Shown here: in pieces, positions 40,228 to 50,080 of the stretch
Position numbering within the stretch: the stretch's first letter is position 1
Layout of the letters: every line of letters begins with the position of its first letter
Assembly (NCBI GenBank): GCA_052039575.1
Contig: JBQGEK010000025.1
Span: 5 to 64,004, forward strand
Reading direction: 5' to 3'
DNA from: Patulibacter sp.
Lineage (GTDB): Bacteria; Actinomycetota; Thermoleophilia; Solirubrobacterales; Solirubrobacteraceae
DNA length: 64,000 nt
Program-made: the position numbers and the translations under genes
The notes under the pieces: model-generated
The model's database searches: none
Seen by the model: only the letters and a program-made list of their open reading frames with translations
What the model was told of the DNA's origin: nothing

Positions 40228-41112
40228 ATGCGCGACGAATCAACGCCCCGAGTCAAGACCGGCCTCGCGGAGATGCTCCGTGGTGGGGTGATCATGGATG
40301 TGGTCGATCCGGAGCAGGCGAAGATCGCGCAGGAGGCCGGCGCGGTTGCCGTGATGGCCTTGGAGCGCGTTCCGTCGGACATCCGCCGTGATGGTGGTGT
40401 GGCGCGGATGAGTGATCCGGAGATGATCCGCGGGATCCAGGCTTCGGTGTCGATTCCGGTGATGGCGAAGGTCCGGAGCGGGCACTTCGTGGAGGCGCAG
40501 ATCCTCGAGGCGTTGGATGTCGATTACATCGATGAGTCGGAGGTCCTGACGCCGGCGGATGAGGCCAATCACGTCGACAAGTTCGCGTTCAAGGTGCCGT
40601 TCGTCTGTGGTGCGACGAATCTTGGCGAGGCGCTCCGTCGGATCGGTGAGGGGGCGTGCATGATCCGTTCCAAGGGCGAAGCCGGGACCGGTGATGTCGT
40701 CGAGGCGGTCCGCCACATCCGTTCGATCCGGGGGGAGATCAAGCGTCTGGCGACGCTGGATCAGGGTGAGCTGATGGCGGCGGCGAAGAATCACGGTGCG
40801 CCGTTCGAGTTGGTGCGGTGGGTGGCGGAGCACGGCAAGCTGCCGGTGCCGTTGTTCTCGGCGGGTGGGATCGCGACGCCGGCGGATGCGGCGCTGATGA
40901 TGCAGCTGGGTGCGGAGTCGGTGTTCGTGGGGTCGGGGATCTTCAAGTCGGAGGATCCGGCGCGGCGTGCGTCGGCGGTGGTGGCGGCGACGACGCATTT
41001 CGAGGATCCGGTGCGGTTGGCGGAGATCTCGACCGGTCTGGGTCGGGCGATGGACTCGTTGGAGGCCCGCAAGCTGGGCGAGGATCAGGTCCTCGCCGGA
41101 CGCGGCTGGTGA
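40228..41112 (+). CDS. pdxS: Pyridoxal 5'-phosphate synthase, lyase subunit
   Basis: [55 protein letters not shown] end. Confidence 0.97.
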   Translation: MRDESTPRVKTGLAEMLRGGVIMDVVDPEQAKIAQEAGAVAVMALERVPSDIRRDGGVARMSDPEMIRGIQASVSIPVMAKVRSGHFVEAQILEALDVDYIDESEVLTPADEANHVDKFAFKVPFVCGATNLGEALRRIGEGACMIRSKGEAGTGDVVEAVRHIRSIRGEIKRLATLDQGELMAAAKNHGAPFELVRWVAEHGKLPVPLFSAGGIATPADAALMMQLGAESVFVGSGIFKSEDPARRASAVVAATTHFEDPVRLAEISTGLGRAMDSLEARKLGEDQVLAGRGW

Positions 41113-41711
41113 CGCCGACCGTCGGCATCTTGGCGCTGCAGGGCGGCGTCGGCGAGCACGCCGCGCTGCTCGAGCGCAGCGGTGCCGCGGTCCGGCTGGT
41201 CAAGACCCCGGCGGGTCTCGACGGCCTCGACGCGCTCGTGCTTCCCGGCGGCGAGAGCACCACGATGACGCTCGGGATCGAGCGTGAGGGCCTGCAGGAA
41301 CCGCTGCGTGCCTTCGCCGCGTCCGGCCGGCCGGTGCTCGCCACCTGTGCCGGACTGATCCTGCTCGATCGCGACCACCTCGACGTGCTGCCGATCCGCT
41401 GCGAGCGCAATGCATTCGGTCGGCAGACCCGCAGCTTCGAGAGTGCGCTCGACGTCAGCGGCATCGACGGCGGTCCGATCAACGGCGTCTTCATCCGCGC
41501 GCCGAAGGTCGTCGATCACGATCCGTCGGTCGAGATCACCGTGCGGGTCGACGACGCCGTGGTGGGGGTTCGGAGCGGGGCGATCGAAGGCTACGCCTTC
41601 CACCCCGAGCTGACCGACGACGATCGGATCCACCGCGGGTTCGTCGCTCGCGTCCAGTCCACGTCGGCGACGCCGTCCACGGCTCCCGTCGTCACGGCCG
41701 CCGCCGGCTGA
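41109..41711 (+). CDS. pdxT: Pyridoxal 5'-phosphate synthase, glutaminase subunit
   Basis: [39 protein letters not shown]. Confidence 0.95.
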   Translation: MTPTVGILALQGGVGEHAALLERSGAAVRLVKTPAGLDGLDALVLPGGESTTMTLGIEREGLQEPLRAFAASGRPVLATCAGLILLDRDHLDVLPIRCERNAFGRQTRSFESALDVSGIDGGPINGVFIRAPKVVDHDPSVEITVRVDDAVVGVRSGAIEGYAFHPELTDDDRIHRGFVARVQSTSATPSTAPVVTAAAG

Positions 41712-41727
41712 GCCACGCTCGCGGCAG

Positions 41728-42798
41728 CTACACGGCGAACCAGCGCTCGAGGCCGTCGTCCGTCGCGGGCCTCGCCGCGCCGTCGGCCTCGAGCAGATCG
41801 AGGTGCCCGAGCACTTCCGACACGCAGAGCAGCGGCTGACGCCAGGCGACGTCGCCCCACATCCGCTGAGCGATCGCAAAGGCCGCACTGCCGTCCGCGT
41901 CGAGCAGCCCCAGGATCTTGCGTTTGCGGCGGTCGTGCATCCGCAGGCGGTCGTCGACGACGGCTCTCGCGTCGTCGACCGCCGGGCCGTGCCCGCCGAG
42001 CACCACCGCGGGATCGAGCTGCGCCGTGGCCTGGAGACCATCGATGTAGTTGCGCAGGGCCGGCACGCGGTCCTCGGGCCCCGGCGGCTGGGGCAGCTGC
42101 GGGTCGAGCTTCTCGGGCGCGCACGCCATCAGCGGGTTGGAGGAGACGTGCGCGAGCAGGTGGTCTCCGCCGAAGACCAGACCATGCTCGTGGTTGATCA
42201 GCAGTGTGTCGGTGACGCTGTGCCCTGGCCGCAGCACGATCTCGAAGTCGAGCCCACCGAACGAGCGGACGACGCCGCTCGGGACCGGGTCCGTCACCGT
42301 CACCGGACCACCAGCCCAGGCCCGGTGACCCAGCTGCATCCCCTGCAGCGTGATCCGCAGCTCGTGCTGGATTCCGTGCCGCTCGAGGCTCTCGGCCATG
42401 AACGAGGTCTCGCGTTGGCCGTAGCCGATCGGGTCGGCGAGCCGTCCCGCAAGCGGCTCGATCGCGACCAGCGCCGCGCCGGACCGCTCGGTCAGGATCG
42501 AGCTGAGGCCGACGTGGTCGGCATGCTCGTGGGTCAGCGCGATCGCCTCGAGATCTTCGACGCGTCGGCCGATCTCGCCCAGGCGGCGCTCCAGCACGTG
42601 CAGCGCCTCCGCGCTCGCGATCCCGGTGTCGACCAGCGTCAGCGGACCGTCGCCGGTCAGCAGCCACGCGGTGATCGGGCCGATCGCGAAGGGCGTCGGC
42701 AACGAGAGCGGGACGATCCCGAGGCGCTCGGCGAGCGGGTGGCTCAGGTCCGCGCCGGCGCTCGACTCGTCGCGGGTTCTCGGGTGCAGATCGGACAC
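41728..42798 (-). CDS. MBL-fold metallo-hydrolase
   Basis: LVDTG, LTHEHADHVG, PGHS, GDHLL, GGHG. Confidence 0.9.
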   Translation of the reverse strand: MSDLHPRTRDESSAGADLSHPLAERLGIVPLSLPTPFAIGPITAWLLTGDGPLTLVDTGIASAEALHVLERRLGEIGRRVEDLEAIALTHEHADHVGLSSILTERSGAALVAIEPLAGRLADPIGYGQRETSFMAESLERHGIQHELRITLQGMQLGHRAWAGGPVTVTDPVPSGVVRSFGGLDFEIVLRPGHSVTDTLLINHEHGLVFGGDHLLAHVSSNPLMACAPEKLDPQLPQPPGPEDRVPALRNYIDGLQATAQLDPAVVLGGHGPAVDDARAVVDDRLRMHDRRKRKILGLLDADGSAAFAIAQRMWGDVAWRQPLLCVSEVLGHLDLLEADGAARPATDDGLERWFAV

Positions 42799-42810
42799 GG
42801 AGATCCGAAC

Positions 42811-44217
42811 TCAGCTGCGGATCAGCGCAAGCACGTCGTCACGTCGCCGCTCCATGTCCTCGACCGACACCATCGACTCGAGGCAGAGCCGCAGCAGCGG
42901 CTCGGTGTTCGACTTGCGGACGTTGAAGTGCCAGTCGTCGTAGTCCACCGACACGCCGTCGACGTGCGTGATGGTCGCGCCGTCGGCCGCGAACGTCGCC
43001 TCGATCTCGGCCATCTTCGCGTCCGCGTCCTCGACGGTCGAGTTGATCTCGCCGGAGATGAAGTACTTCTGGTGGAAGCGGTCGACGAGCTCGCTGAGCT
43101 TCTGGCCACGGACCGACAGCAGCTCGAGGATCAGCAGCGCCGGGATCGTGCCCGAGTCGGCGTTGGAGAACTTCTCGAAGTAGTAGTGGCCGGAGACCTC
43201 GCCGCCGAAGATCGCACCGGTCTGCGGCATCCGCGTCTTGAAGAACGCGTGACCGACGCGGTTGATCAGCGCGGTGCCGCCCGCGGCTTCGACGGTGTCC
43301 GCGACCGCCCGCGAGGCACGGCAGTCGTAGAGCACCGTGGGATCGTCGTTCCCTCCCGCCCGGGCCTTCTCCACGAGCGACTCGGCCAACAGCGCGGTCA
43401 GGAAGTCGCCGTCGACGAAGCGCCCGCGGTCGTCGATGAAGAAGCAGCGATCGGCGTCGCCGTCCCAGGCGATGCCCAGGTCGGCGCCCTCGGCCAGCAC
43501 GGTGTCGATGATGAACTGCCGGTTCTCGGGCAGCAGCGGGTTGGGCTCGTGGTCCGGGAAGTTGCCGTCGGGCGTCCAGTAGGTCTCGACCAGGTCGAGA
43601 CCAAGACGATCGAGGACCGGACCGACCATCGGGCCGGCCATGCCGTTGCCGCCGTCGACGACGACCTTCAGGGGCTTGATCGCGGACGCGTCGATGAACT
43701 CGAGCGATGCCTCCTGGAACGCCGCGTAGACGTCCTCCTCGGAGACCGTTCCGCGAACGTCGGACGCCGGTGCCGCGTCCGGATCGGTCTCGGCGCTGAG
43801 CACCAGGTCGCGGATCTCGCCGATCCCGCGGTCGCCCGACAGCGCCAACGCGCCCTTCTCGACGAGCTTCGCCCCGGTGTAGGCCTTCGGGTTGTGGGAC
43901 GCCGTGCACATCAGCCCGCCGTCCAGCCCCCGGGTGCCGACGGTCCAGTAGAGCATCTCGCTGCCGACCTGGCCCAGGTCGAGCACGTGCGCGCCTTCGA
44001 GCGTGATCCCGTCGCGGTAGGCGGCGGCCAGCTCCGGGGCCGATAGCCGCATGTCCCGCCCGAGTGCGACGTGGACCTCGGACGTCGGCTTGCCGGCGAG
44101 ATCCGAGATCACGCGAGCGAATGCGCGCCCGATCCTGTGCGCGGTGGCCGCATCGATGTCGTCGCCCGCGATGCCGCGGATGTCGTAGGCCTTGAAGATC
44201 TCGGAAGAGACGGGCAT
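42811..44217 (-). CDS. Phosphomannomutase/phosphoglucomutase
   Basis: IFKAYDIRG, TASHNP, DGDADR, GGEVSGHYY, RKSNTEP. Confidence 0.95.
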   Translation of the reverse strand: MPVSSEIFKAYDIRGIAGDDIDAATAHRIGRAFARVISDLAGKPTSEVHVALGRDMRLSAPELAAAYRDGITLEGAHVLDLGQVGSEMLYWTVGTRGLDGGLMCTASHNPKAYTGAKLVEKGALALSGDRGIGEIRDLVLSAETDPDAAPASDVRGTVSEEDVYAAFQEASLEFIDASAIKPLKVVVDGGNGMAGPMVGPVLDRLGLDLVETYWTPDGNFPDHEPNPLLPENRQFIIDTVLAEGADLGIAWDGDADRCFFIDDRGRFVDGDFLTALLAESLVEKARAGGNDDPTVLYDCRASRAVADTVEAAGGTALINRVGHAFFKTRMPQTGAIFGGEVSGHYYFEKFSNADSGTIPALLILELLSVRGQKLSELVDRFHQKYFISGEINSTVEDADAKMAEIEATFAADGATITHVDGVSVDYDDWHFNVRKSNTEPLLRLCLESMVSVEDMERRRDDVLALIRS

Positions 44218-44374
44218 GGGTCCCGCATCCTATGGGTCGACACGCGTTCGCCGCGGGTCGTTCCCCGGTGGGTCGCCGGACGCGGCGCTGGACGCCGTGG
44301 CTGCGTGGTGCACGCGCTACCCCAGGTATAAAGAACGCGCGCACCCGCTGTCCCGCCGAAGGAGAGACTCGAGC

Positions 44375-45100
44375 ATGACCCAACGCACCGCCCTGATCAC
44401 CGGAGCGAGCAGTGGCATCGGCCTGGCCATCGCCTCGACGCTCGGCGATGAGGGGTACGCCCTGACGATCGTGGGCCGGCGGGCCGAGAAGCTGGCCGCG
44501 GCCGCCGAGCAGCTGGAGGCCGCCGGATACCCGGTGCAGCAGATCGCCGCATCGGTTCAGGAGGAGGACGCCGTCAAGGATGTCGTGTCGCGGCACCGTG
44601 ACGCGTACGGTCGGCTCGACGTGCTCGTCAACAACGCAGGAGTCGGGATCGGGGCGGCCGTGGGGGATCTGCAGACCAAGCACGTCGACATGCAGATCGC
44701 CGTCAACCTGCGCTCGACGATGCTCTTCTACCGTGAGGCGATCGAGCTGCTGCGAGCGTCCGCGCGCGAGCACCGCGGTGCCCTGGTGGTCAACACCGCG
44801 TCGATCACCGCCAAGTTCGGGGAGGCGTGGCTCTCGGTCTACGCAGCGACCAAGGCCGGGATCGTCAACTGGACGGAATCGATGCACCGCGAGCTCTCCG
44901 CAGAGGGAATCAAGAGCACCGCGCTCTGCCCGGGCTTCGTCGACACGCCGATGACCGACTTCATCAAGGGCTCGATCGATGCCTCGGCGATGATGACCCC
45001 GTCCGATATCGCCGAGGCGGTGCGCTTCCTATTGCGGGTGTCGCCGGCGTGCTGCGTCCCCGAGATCCAGTTCGTCCGTCCGGGCGAGCGGATGATGTGA
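44375..45100 (+). CDS. SDR family oxidoreductase
   Basis: TGASSGIG, DVLVNNAG, YAATK, PGFVDT. Confidence 0.92.
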   Translation: MTQRTALITGASSGIGLAIASTLGDEGYALTIVGRRAEKLAAAAEQLEAAGYPVQQIAASVQEEDAVKDVVSRHRDAYGRLDVLVNNAGVGIGAAVGDLQTKHVDMQIAVNLRSTMLFYREAIELLRASAREHRGALVVNTASITAKFGEAWLSVYAATKAGIVNWTESMHRELSAEGIKSTALCPGFVDTPMTDFIKGSIDASAMMTPSDIAEAVRFLLRVSPACCVPEIQFVRPGERMM

Positions 45101-45870
45101 GCGCCGTGCACCCTGCGCCGTCGCGGCCCGTGCTGCCGGTCGACCTTCCCGTCGTGATCCTCTGCGGCGGCAAGGGGACGCGGCTCGGCGCCGGACAGTC
45201 GTTGCCCAAGCCGCTGGTCGAGGTCGGAGGCCGGCCGATCGTCCAGCACGTGGTCGAGCTCTACGCGGCTCAGGGCCGACGGCGGTTCCTGCTCGCGGCC
45301 GGCTACCGCGCCGACCTGCTGGCGGCGGCCGTGGCCAGCATCGCCTGGCCCGCCGGGGTCACCGTCGAGGCGATCGACACCGGCGTGGAGACCGAGACCG
45401 GGGGGCGGATCCTGCGCCTGCGCGAACGTCTCGCGGGCGAGCCGTTCCACGTGACCTACGCCGACGGGCTCGCCGACATCGACCTCGATCGGTTGCAGGC
45501 TCGCCATGCGGCGGCCGGTCGGACCGCCACGATCACCGTTGTCCGTCCGGAGTTGCCGTTCGGCGTGGTCGACGTGGGCCGCGACGGCGGGGTCATCGGG
45601 TTTCGCGAGAAGCCGCGCTCGCGCGATTGGATCAACGGCGGCTTCATGCTGTTCGCGCCGGACGTCTTCGACGTGCTCGAGGACGACGCGACGCTCGAAC
45701 GCGAGCCGTTCGAGCGATTGGCCGCGCAGCAGCGGCTGCACAGCGCACCACACGAGGGATTCTGGGCCTGCATGGACACCTACAAGGACGCACGTCGGCT
45801 GAACGAGCTGTGGGAAGCGGGCAGCGCCCCGTGGGCGGCCGCCGCCGCGCCGACCGGAGAGCTCCGATGA
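45097..45870 (+). CDS. Sugar-phosphate nucleotidyltransferase (glucose-1-phosphate cytidylyltransferase/RfbF-like)
   Basis: ILCGGKGTRL, PKPLVE, DTGVETETGGRI, TYADG, FREKP, INGGF, FWACMDT. Confidence 0.85.
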   Translation: MSAVHPAPSRPVLPVDLPVVILCGGKGTRLGAGQSLPKPLVEVGGRPIVQHVVELYAAQGRRRFLLAAGYRADLLAAAVASIAWPAGVTVEAIDTGVETETGGRILRLRERLAGEPFHVTYADGLADIDLDRLQARHAAAGRTATITVVRPELPFGVVDVGRDGGVIGFREKPRSRDWINGGFMLFAPDVFDVLEDDATLEREPFERLAAQQRLHSAPHEGFWACMDTYKDARRLNELWEAGSAPWAAAAAPTGELR

Positions 45871-46877
45871 CGGAGCTCGGCCGTGCGATGCGGGGACGAT
45901 CGATCTTCGTCACCGGCGCCTACGGGATGCTCGGCGGATGGCTGGTGCGCGCGCTGCTCGACCGCGGGGCGTCGGTCACGGTGCTGCGCCGCGACGACGT
46001 CCGCAACTCGCTGCTGCGGCTCGACGGCCTGGAGCAGCGATGCGCGGTGGTCCACGGCGACCTGACCACGCCCGGCTTGCTCGGCCGCGCGATCGGCGAA
46101 TACGAGTGCGACACGGTCTTCCACCTGGCGGCACAGACGATCGTCGGCACCGCCAACCGGTCGCCGGTCTCGACCTTCGAGAGCAACGTCCGCGGTACCT
46201 GGCTGCTGATGGACGCCTGCCGCGAGCACGGCGTGGAGCGCACCGTCGTCGCGGCGTCCGACAAGGCCTACGGCGCCCACGAGACGCTGCCGTACCACGA
46301 GGACCTGCCCTTGCAGCCGCGGTATCCGTACGACGTCTCGAAGGCCTGCACCGACCTGATCGCCCGCAGCTACTGGCACACCTACGGCGTCCCGGTCGCG
46401 GTGACGCGGCTGGCCAACATCTACGGAGGCGGAGACCTCAACCGCTCGAGGCTGCTCCCCGAGGCGATCGCCGCCGTGCTCCGCGGTCGGCGGCCCGTGG
46501 TGCGCGCGGCCGGATCGCCCGAGCGCGACTTCCGCTCCGTCGGGGACGCGGTCGTGGCCTACCTGTCGATCTGCGACGCGCTCGACGCGGACCCCGACGC
46601 GACGGTGCCGCTCGCCCGCGGCGAGGCGTTCAACGCCGGGGGCGACCGTCCCCACAGCGTGCGTTCGGTGCTGGAGGCCGTCGTACGCGTCAGCGGCGTC
46701 GAGCTCGACCTCGACATCCGCGGCGCGGGCACGCCCTCGGGCGAGATCGACCGGCAGTACGTCGATTCGTCGAAGCTGCGCGAGCGCACGGGATGGGCGC
46801 CGCGCATCGACCTGGACGCCGGGATCGCCCGGACCCTCGACTGGTACCGCGCCCACCCGGACGCGCTCGGCGCCTGA
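45867..46877 (+). CDS. NAD-dependent epimerase/dehydratase (CDP-glucose 4,6-dehydratase-like)
   Basis: TGAYGMLG, FHLAAQTIV, ASDKAYG, YDVSK, NIYGGGDLN. Confidence 0.88.
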   Translation: MTELGRAMRGRSIFVTGAYGMLGGWLVRALLDRGASVTVLRRDDVRNSLLRLDGLEQRCAVVHGDLTTPGLLGRAIGEYECDTVFHLAAQTIVGTANRSPVSTFESNVRGTWLLMDACREHGVERTVVAASDKAYGAHETLPYHEDLPLQPRYPYDVSKACTDLIARSYWHTYGVPVAVTRLANIYGGGDLNRSRLLPEAIAAVLRGRRPVVRAAGSPERDFRSVGDAVVAYLSICDALDADPDATVPLARGEAFNAGGDRPHSVRSVLEAVVRVSGVELDLDIRGAGTPSGEIDRQYVDSSKLRERTGWAPRIDLDAGIARTLDWYRAHPDALGA

Positions 46878-46909
46878 GCGGAAACCACCAACGCTGTACC
46901 CTGCTTCGC

Positions 46910-47659
46910 ATGGCGGGGCACAGCAAATGGGCGAGCATCAAGCACAAGAAGGCGGTCGTCGATTCCCGCCGCGGCAAGCTGTTCACCAAGCTCAGTCGAC
47001 ACATCACGATCGCCGCCAAGGAGGGCGGCGGTGACATCGTCGGCAACCCGGCTCTGGCGTTGGCGGTTCAGAAGGCCAAGGACGCCTCGATGCCCAAGGA
47101 CAACATCCAGCGGGCGATCGACAAGGGCACCGGGGCCGGCGCGGACGCGGCGAGCTTCGAGAACGTGATGTACGAGGGGTACGGCCCCGGTGGCGTCGCG
47201 CTGTTGGTCGAAGCGCTGACCGACAACCGCAATCGCACGGGGTCGGAGGTCCGCCACATGTTCAGCAAGCACGGCGGCAGCCTCGGCGAGCCGGGCTCTG
47301 TCGCCTACCTCTTCGACAAGAAGGGCGTGATCGCGGTCGACGGCGAGAAGCACGACGAGGACGCCTTGATGGTCGCGATCGATGCCGGCGCCGACGACAT
47401 CGAGGAGGACGACGGGACCTTCGAGATCCTCACCGATCCGACGCTGTTGACGGCGGTGCGCCAGAGCCTCGACGAGGCCGGGATCGAGTACGAGCGGGCC
47501 GAGCAGGTCTACCGCCCGCAGGTCCGGACGCCGATCGACGAGGCCCAGGCCACCACGCTCGCCAAGCTGATCGACGCGCTCGACGACAACGACGACGTCG
47601 GCGAGGTCCACGCGAACTTCGACGTCGACGACGACGTGCTCGAGCGGGTCTTCGGCTGA
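46910..47659 (+). CDS. YebC/PmpR family protein
   Basis: MAGHSKWASIKHKK, MPKDNIQRAI, YEGYGPGG, TDNRNRT. Confidence 0.96.
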   Translation: MAGHSKWASIKHKKAVVDSRRGKLFTKLSRHITIAAKEGGGDIVGNPALALAVQKAKDASMPKDNIQRAIDKGTGAGADAASFENVMYEGYGPGGVALLVEALTDNRNRTGSEVRHMFSKHGGSLGEPGSVAYLFDKKGVIAVDGEKHDEDALMVAIDAGADDIEEDDGTFEILTDPTLLTAVRQSLDEAGIEYERAEQVYRPQVRTPIDEAQATTLAKLIDALDDNDDVGEVHANFDVDDDVLERVFG

Positions 47660-47733
47660 TCCACCCGGAGGCGCGACAGCCGGATCGTCGGTTCGGGCCG
47701 CTCGCGCCGATCCGGTCCCGTCGGGGATCGATG

Positions 47734-47747
47734 CGATCATACGTTCG
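47734..47747. promoter_or_regulatory. LexA (SOS) box upstream of ruvCAB, one mismatch
   Basis: CGATC-ATAC-GTTCG. Confidence 0.65.
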
Positions 47748-47788
47748 CGTGCCCGGCAGGGGTCGGGCGGCGAGCGGAGAATGAACGC

Positions 47789-48289
47789 GTGGTGACCGTC
47801 GTAGGGATCGATCCTGGCTTGGCCAACACGGGCTACGGCGTCGTGGCCCGCCGCGGCGACGCGCTGGCCGCCCACGACGGCGGGGTGATCGTCACGCGCC
47901 CCCAGGAGGACCTCGCGGCCCGCTTGCTGCGGATCCACCGCACGGTCGGCGAGCTGCTCGACCACTTCGCGCCCGACGCGATCGCGATGGAGTCGCTCTA
48001 CTTCGGCCGCAATACCACCAGCGCCCTGGCGGTCGGGCAGGCTCGCGGGGTCGTCCTGCTGGCCGCGGCCGAGCGCGGCGTGCCGTGCACCGACTACACG
48101 CCGCAGCAGATCAAGGGCGCGGTCTGCGGCAGCGGCGCGGCGGACAAGGCGCAGGTCCAGCGGATGGTCCAGATGCTGCTCCGCCTGACCGATCCCCCCC
48201 GACCGGACCACGCCGCCGACGCCCTCGCCGCGGCGATCTGCCACGCCAACCACTCACCCCTGAGCCTTGCGCTCTCCGCCACCTCGTGA
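47789..48289 (+). CDS. ruvC: Crossover junction endodeoxyribonuclease RuvC
   Basis: GIDPG, MESLYF, GQARG, YTPQQIK, DHAADALA. Confidence 0.96.
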   Translation: MVTVVGIDPGLANTGYGVVARRGDALAAHDGGVIVTRPQEDLAARLLRIHRTVGELLDHFAPDAIAMESLYFGRNTTSALAVGQARGVVLLAAAERGVPCTDYTPQQIKGAVCGSGAADKAQVQRMVQMLLRLTDPPRPDHAADALAAAICHANHSPLSLALSATS

Positions 48290-48885
48290 TCACTCTCCTC
48301 CGCGGCACCGTCTACGAACGCCGCTCCGACAGCGTCGTCCTGCTCACCGCCGGAGGGGTCGGCTATCTGCTCGGCTGCTCGACCACCACGCTCGCCGAGC
48401 TCCCGCCCGTCGGCCACGAGACCGAGCTGCGTTGCCACCTTGCGGTCCGCGAGGACGCGATGACGCTCTACGGCTTCGGCAGCGAGCCCGAGCGCGACCT
48501 CTTCCACCTGCTGCTCGGCGTCCAGGCGGTCGGCCCCAAGCTGGCACTCGCCGCACTGTCCGCGGGGGGGCCGGACGAGATCGCGACGAGCATCGCCTCC
48601 GGCGATGTCAAGCGGCTGCAGCAGGTTCCGGGGATCGGGAAGCGGACCGCCGAGCGGATCGTCAGCGAGCTGCGCGAGAAGCTGTCGGGGATCACGCCGG
48701 CCACGACCACCGGCACGGGCGACGCCGCCCGCTCGGTCGTCACGGTGACCGCTCGGGACGAGGCCCGCGACGGTCTGCTCGGCCTCGGCATGCCGCCCGA
48801 GGAGGTCGACCGTCTGCTGGCGGTGTCCGAGGGTGACACCGCCGCGGCGATCATCGGCGACGCACTGCGGCGGTCGCGCGCATGA
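48286..48885 (+). CDS. ruvA: Holliday junction branch migration protein RuvA
   Basis: GGVGY, VREDAMTLYGF, VGPKLAL, VPGIGKRTAERI. Confidence 0.95.
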   Translation: MITLLRGTVYERRSDSVVLLTAGGVGYLLGCSTTTLAELPPVGHETELRCHLAVREDAMTLYGFGSEPERDLFHLLLGVQAVGPKLALAALSAGGPDEIATSIASGDVKRLQQVPGIGKRTAERIVSELREKLSGITPATTTGTGDAARSVVTVTARDEARDGLLGLGMPPEEVDRLLAVSEGDTAAAIIGDALRRSRA

Positions 48886-49958
48886 GCGACGCGGGCCCGG
48901 ACCCGTTCCGCACGCCGTTCGGGGAGGGCATCCGGACCCCGGACGCCGCAGACGTCGAAGCGCCGCGACTGCCGGACCCGAGCGCGACCGTCGACGAGCT
49001 CTCCGACGAGCCCTCGCTGCGTCCGCGTAGCCTCGACGAGTTCGTCGGCCAGGAGCACGTCCGGGAACAGCTGCGGATCGCGATCGACGCCGCTCGCCAG
49101 CGCGGCGAGAGCCTCGACCACGTGCTGCTGGCCGGACCGCCGGGGCTGGGCAAGACCTCGCTCGCCCGGATCATCGCCGAGGAGCTGGGTGGCCGGTTCG
49201 TGCCGACCGCGGGACCGTCGCTCGAGCGCAAGGCCGACATCGCGTCGTTCCTGACCGCTCTGGAGCCCGGCAGCGTGTTCTTCGTCGACGAGCTGCACCG
49301 ACTGCCGCGCGCGCTCGAGGAGACGCTCTATCCCGCGATGGAGGACCGGCAGCTGCCGGTGACGATCGGCCAGGGGGCGGGGGCGCGGATCGTCACGCTC
49401 GACCTGCCGGCGTTCACGCTGGTCGGCGCCACGACGCGGGCCGGGCTGCTGACGCGCCCGATGCGCGACCGCTTCGGCCTGCAGCAGCGACTCGAGCCCT
49501 ACGGCCAGGACGACCTGGTGGCGATCGTCCTGCGTTCGGCCTCGCTGCTCGAGATGACGATCGACGACGCGGGCGCCCACATGGTGGCGCTCCGCGCACG
49601 CGGAACCCCGCGTGTCGCCAACCGGCTGCTGCGCCGCGTCCGCGACTACGTCGACGTCCACGGCGGTGGAGCGGTGACGGGGGAGGCGGCGACCGAGGCG
49701 CTCGACCTGCTCGGCGTCGACGGGCTGGGCCTGGACCGGCTGGACCGCGAGATCCTCCGGTCGATCGCGACGATGTTCGCCGGGGGGCCGGTCGGGCTCT
49801 CGACCCTCTCCGCCGCGGTGGGCGAAGAGGCGGACACGATCGAAGACGTCTACGAACCGTATTTGCTCCAGCAGGGGCTGCTCCAGCGGACCCCCCGGGG
49901 GCGGATCGTGACGTCCCGCGCGTTCGAGCATCTCGGAATTCCCCTGCCGGACGCCTGA
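48882..49958 (+). CDS. ruvB: Holliday junction DNA helicase RuvB
   Basis: LRPRSLDEFVGQ, GPPGLGKT, DELHR, GATTR, RGTPR, EPYLLQ. Confidence 0.97.
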   Translation: MSDAGPDPFRTPFGEGIRTPDAADVEAPRLPDPSATVDELSDEPSLRPRSLDEFVGQEHVREQLRIAIDAARQRGESLDHVLLAGPPGLGKTSLARIIAEELGGRFVPTAGPSLERKADIASFLTALEPGSVFFVDELHRLPRALEETLYPAMEDRQLPVTIGQGAGARIVTLDLPAFTLVGATTRAGLLTRPMRDRFGLQQRLEPYGQDDLVAIVLRSASLLEMTIDDAGAHMVALRARGTPRVANRLLRRVRDYVDVHGGGAVTGEAATEALDLLGVDGLGLDRLDREILRSIATMFAGGPVGLSTLSAAVGEEADTIEDVYEPYLLQQGLLQRTPRGRIVTSRAFEHLGIPLPDA

Positions 49959-50046
49959 TCCACCGGGACGGATCGCCGTACGCGGGCGGTCTTCAACCTA
50001 CGTTCGTGTCTATGTGCGGGATAAATTCCCGGAGGCACGGCTCAGA

Positions 50047-50068
50047 TGTCGGTGGTTGCGGGTACGCT
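50047..50068 (+). promoter_or_regulatory. RecA-NDp/PafBC-type promoter motif upstream of secDF
   Basis: TGTCGG-TGGTTGCGGG-TACGCT fits TGTCGG-N10-TAnnnT exactly. Confidence 0.55.
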
Positions 50069-50080
50069 TGCCTCCGCGCC

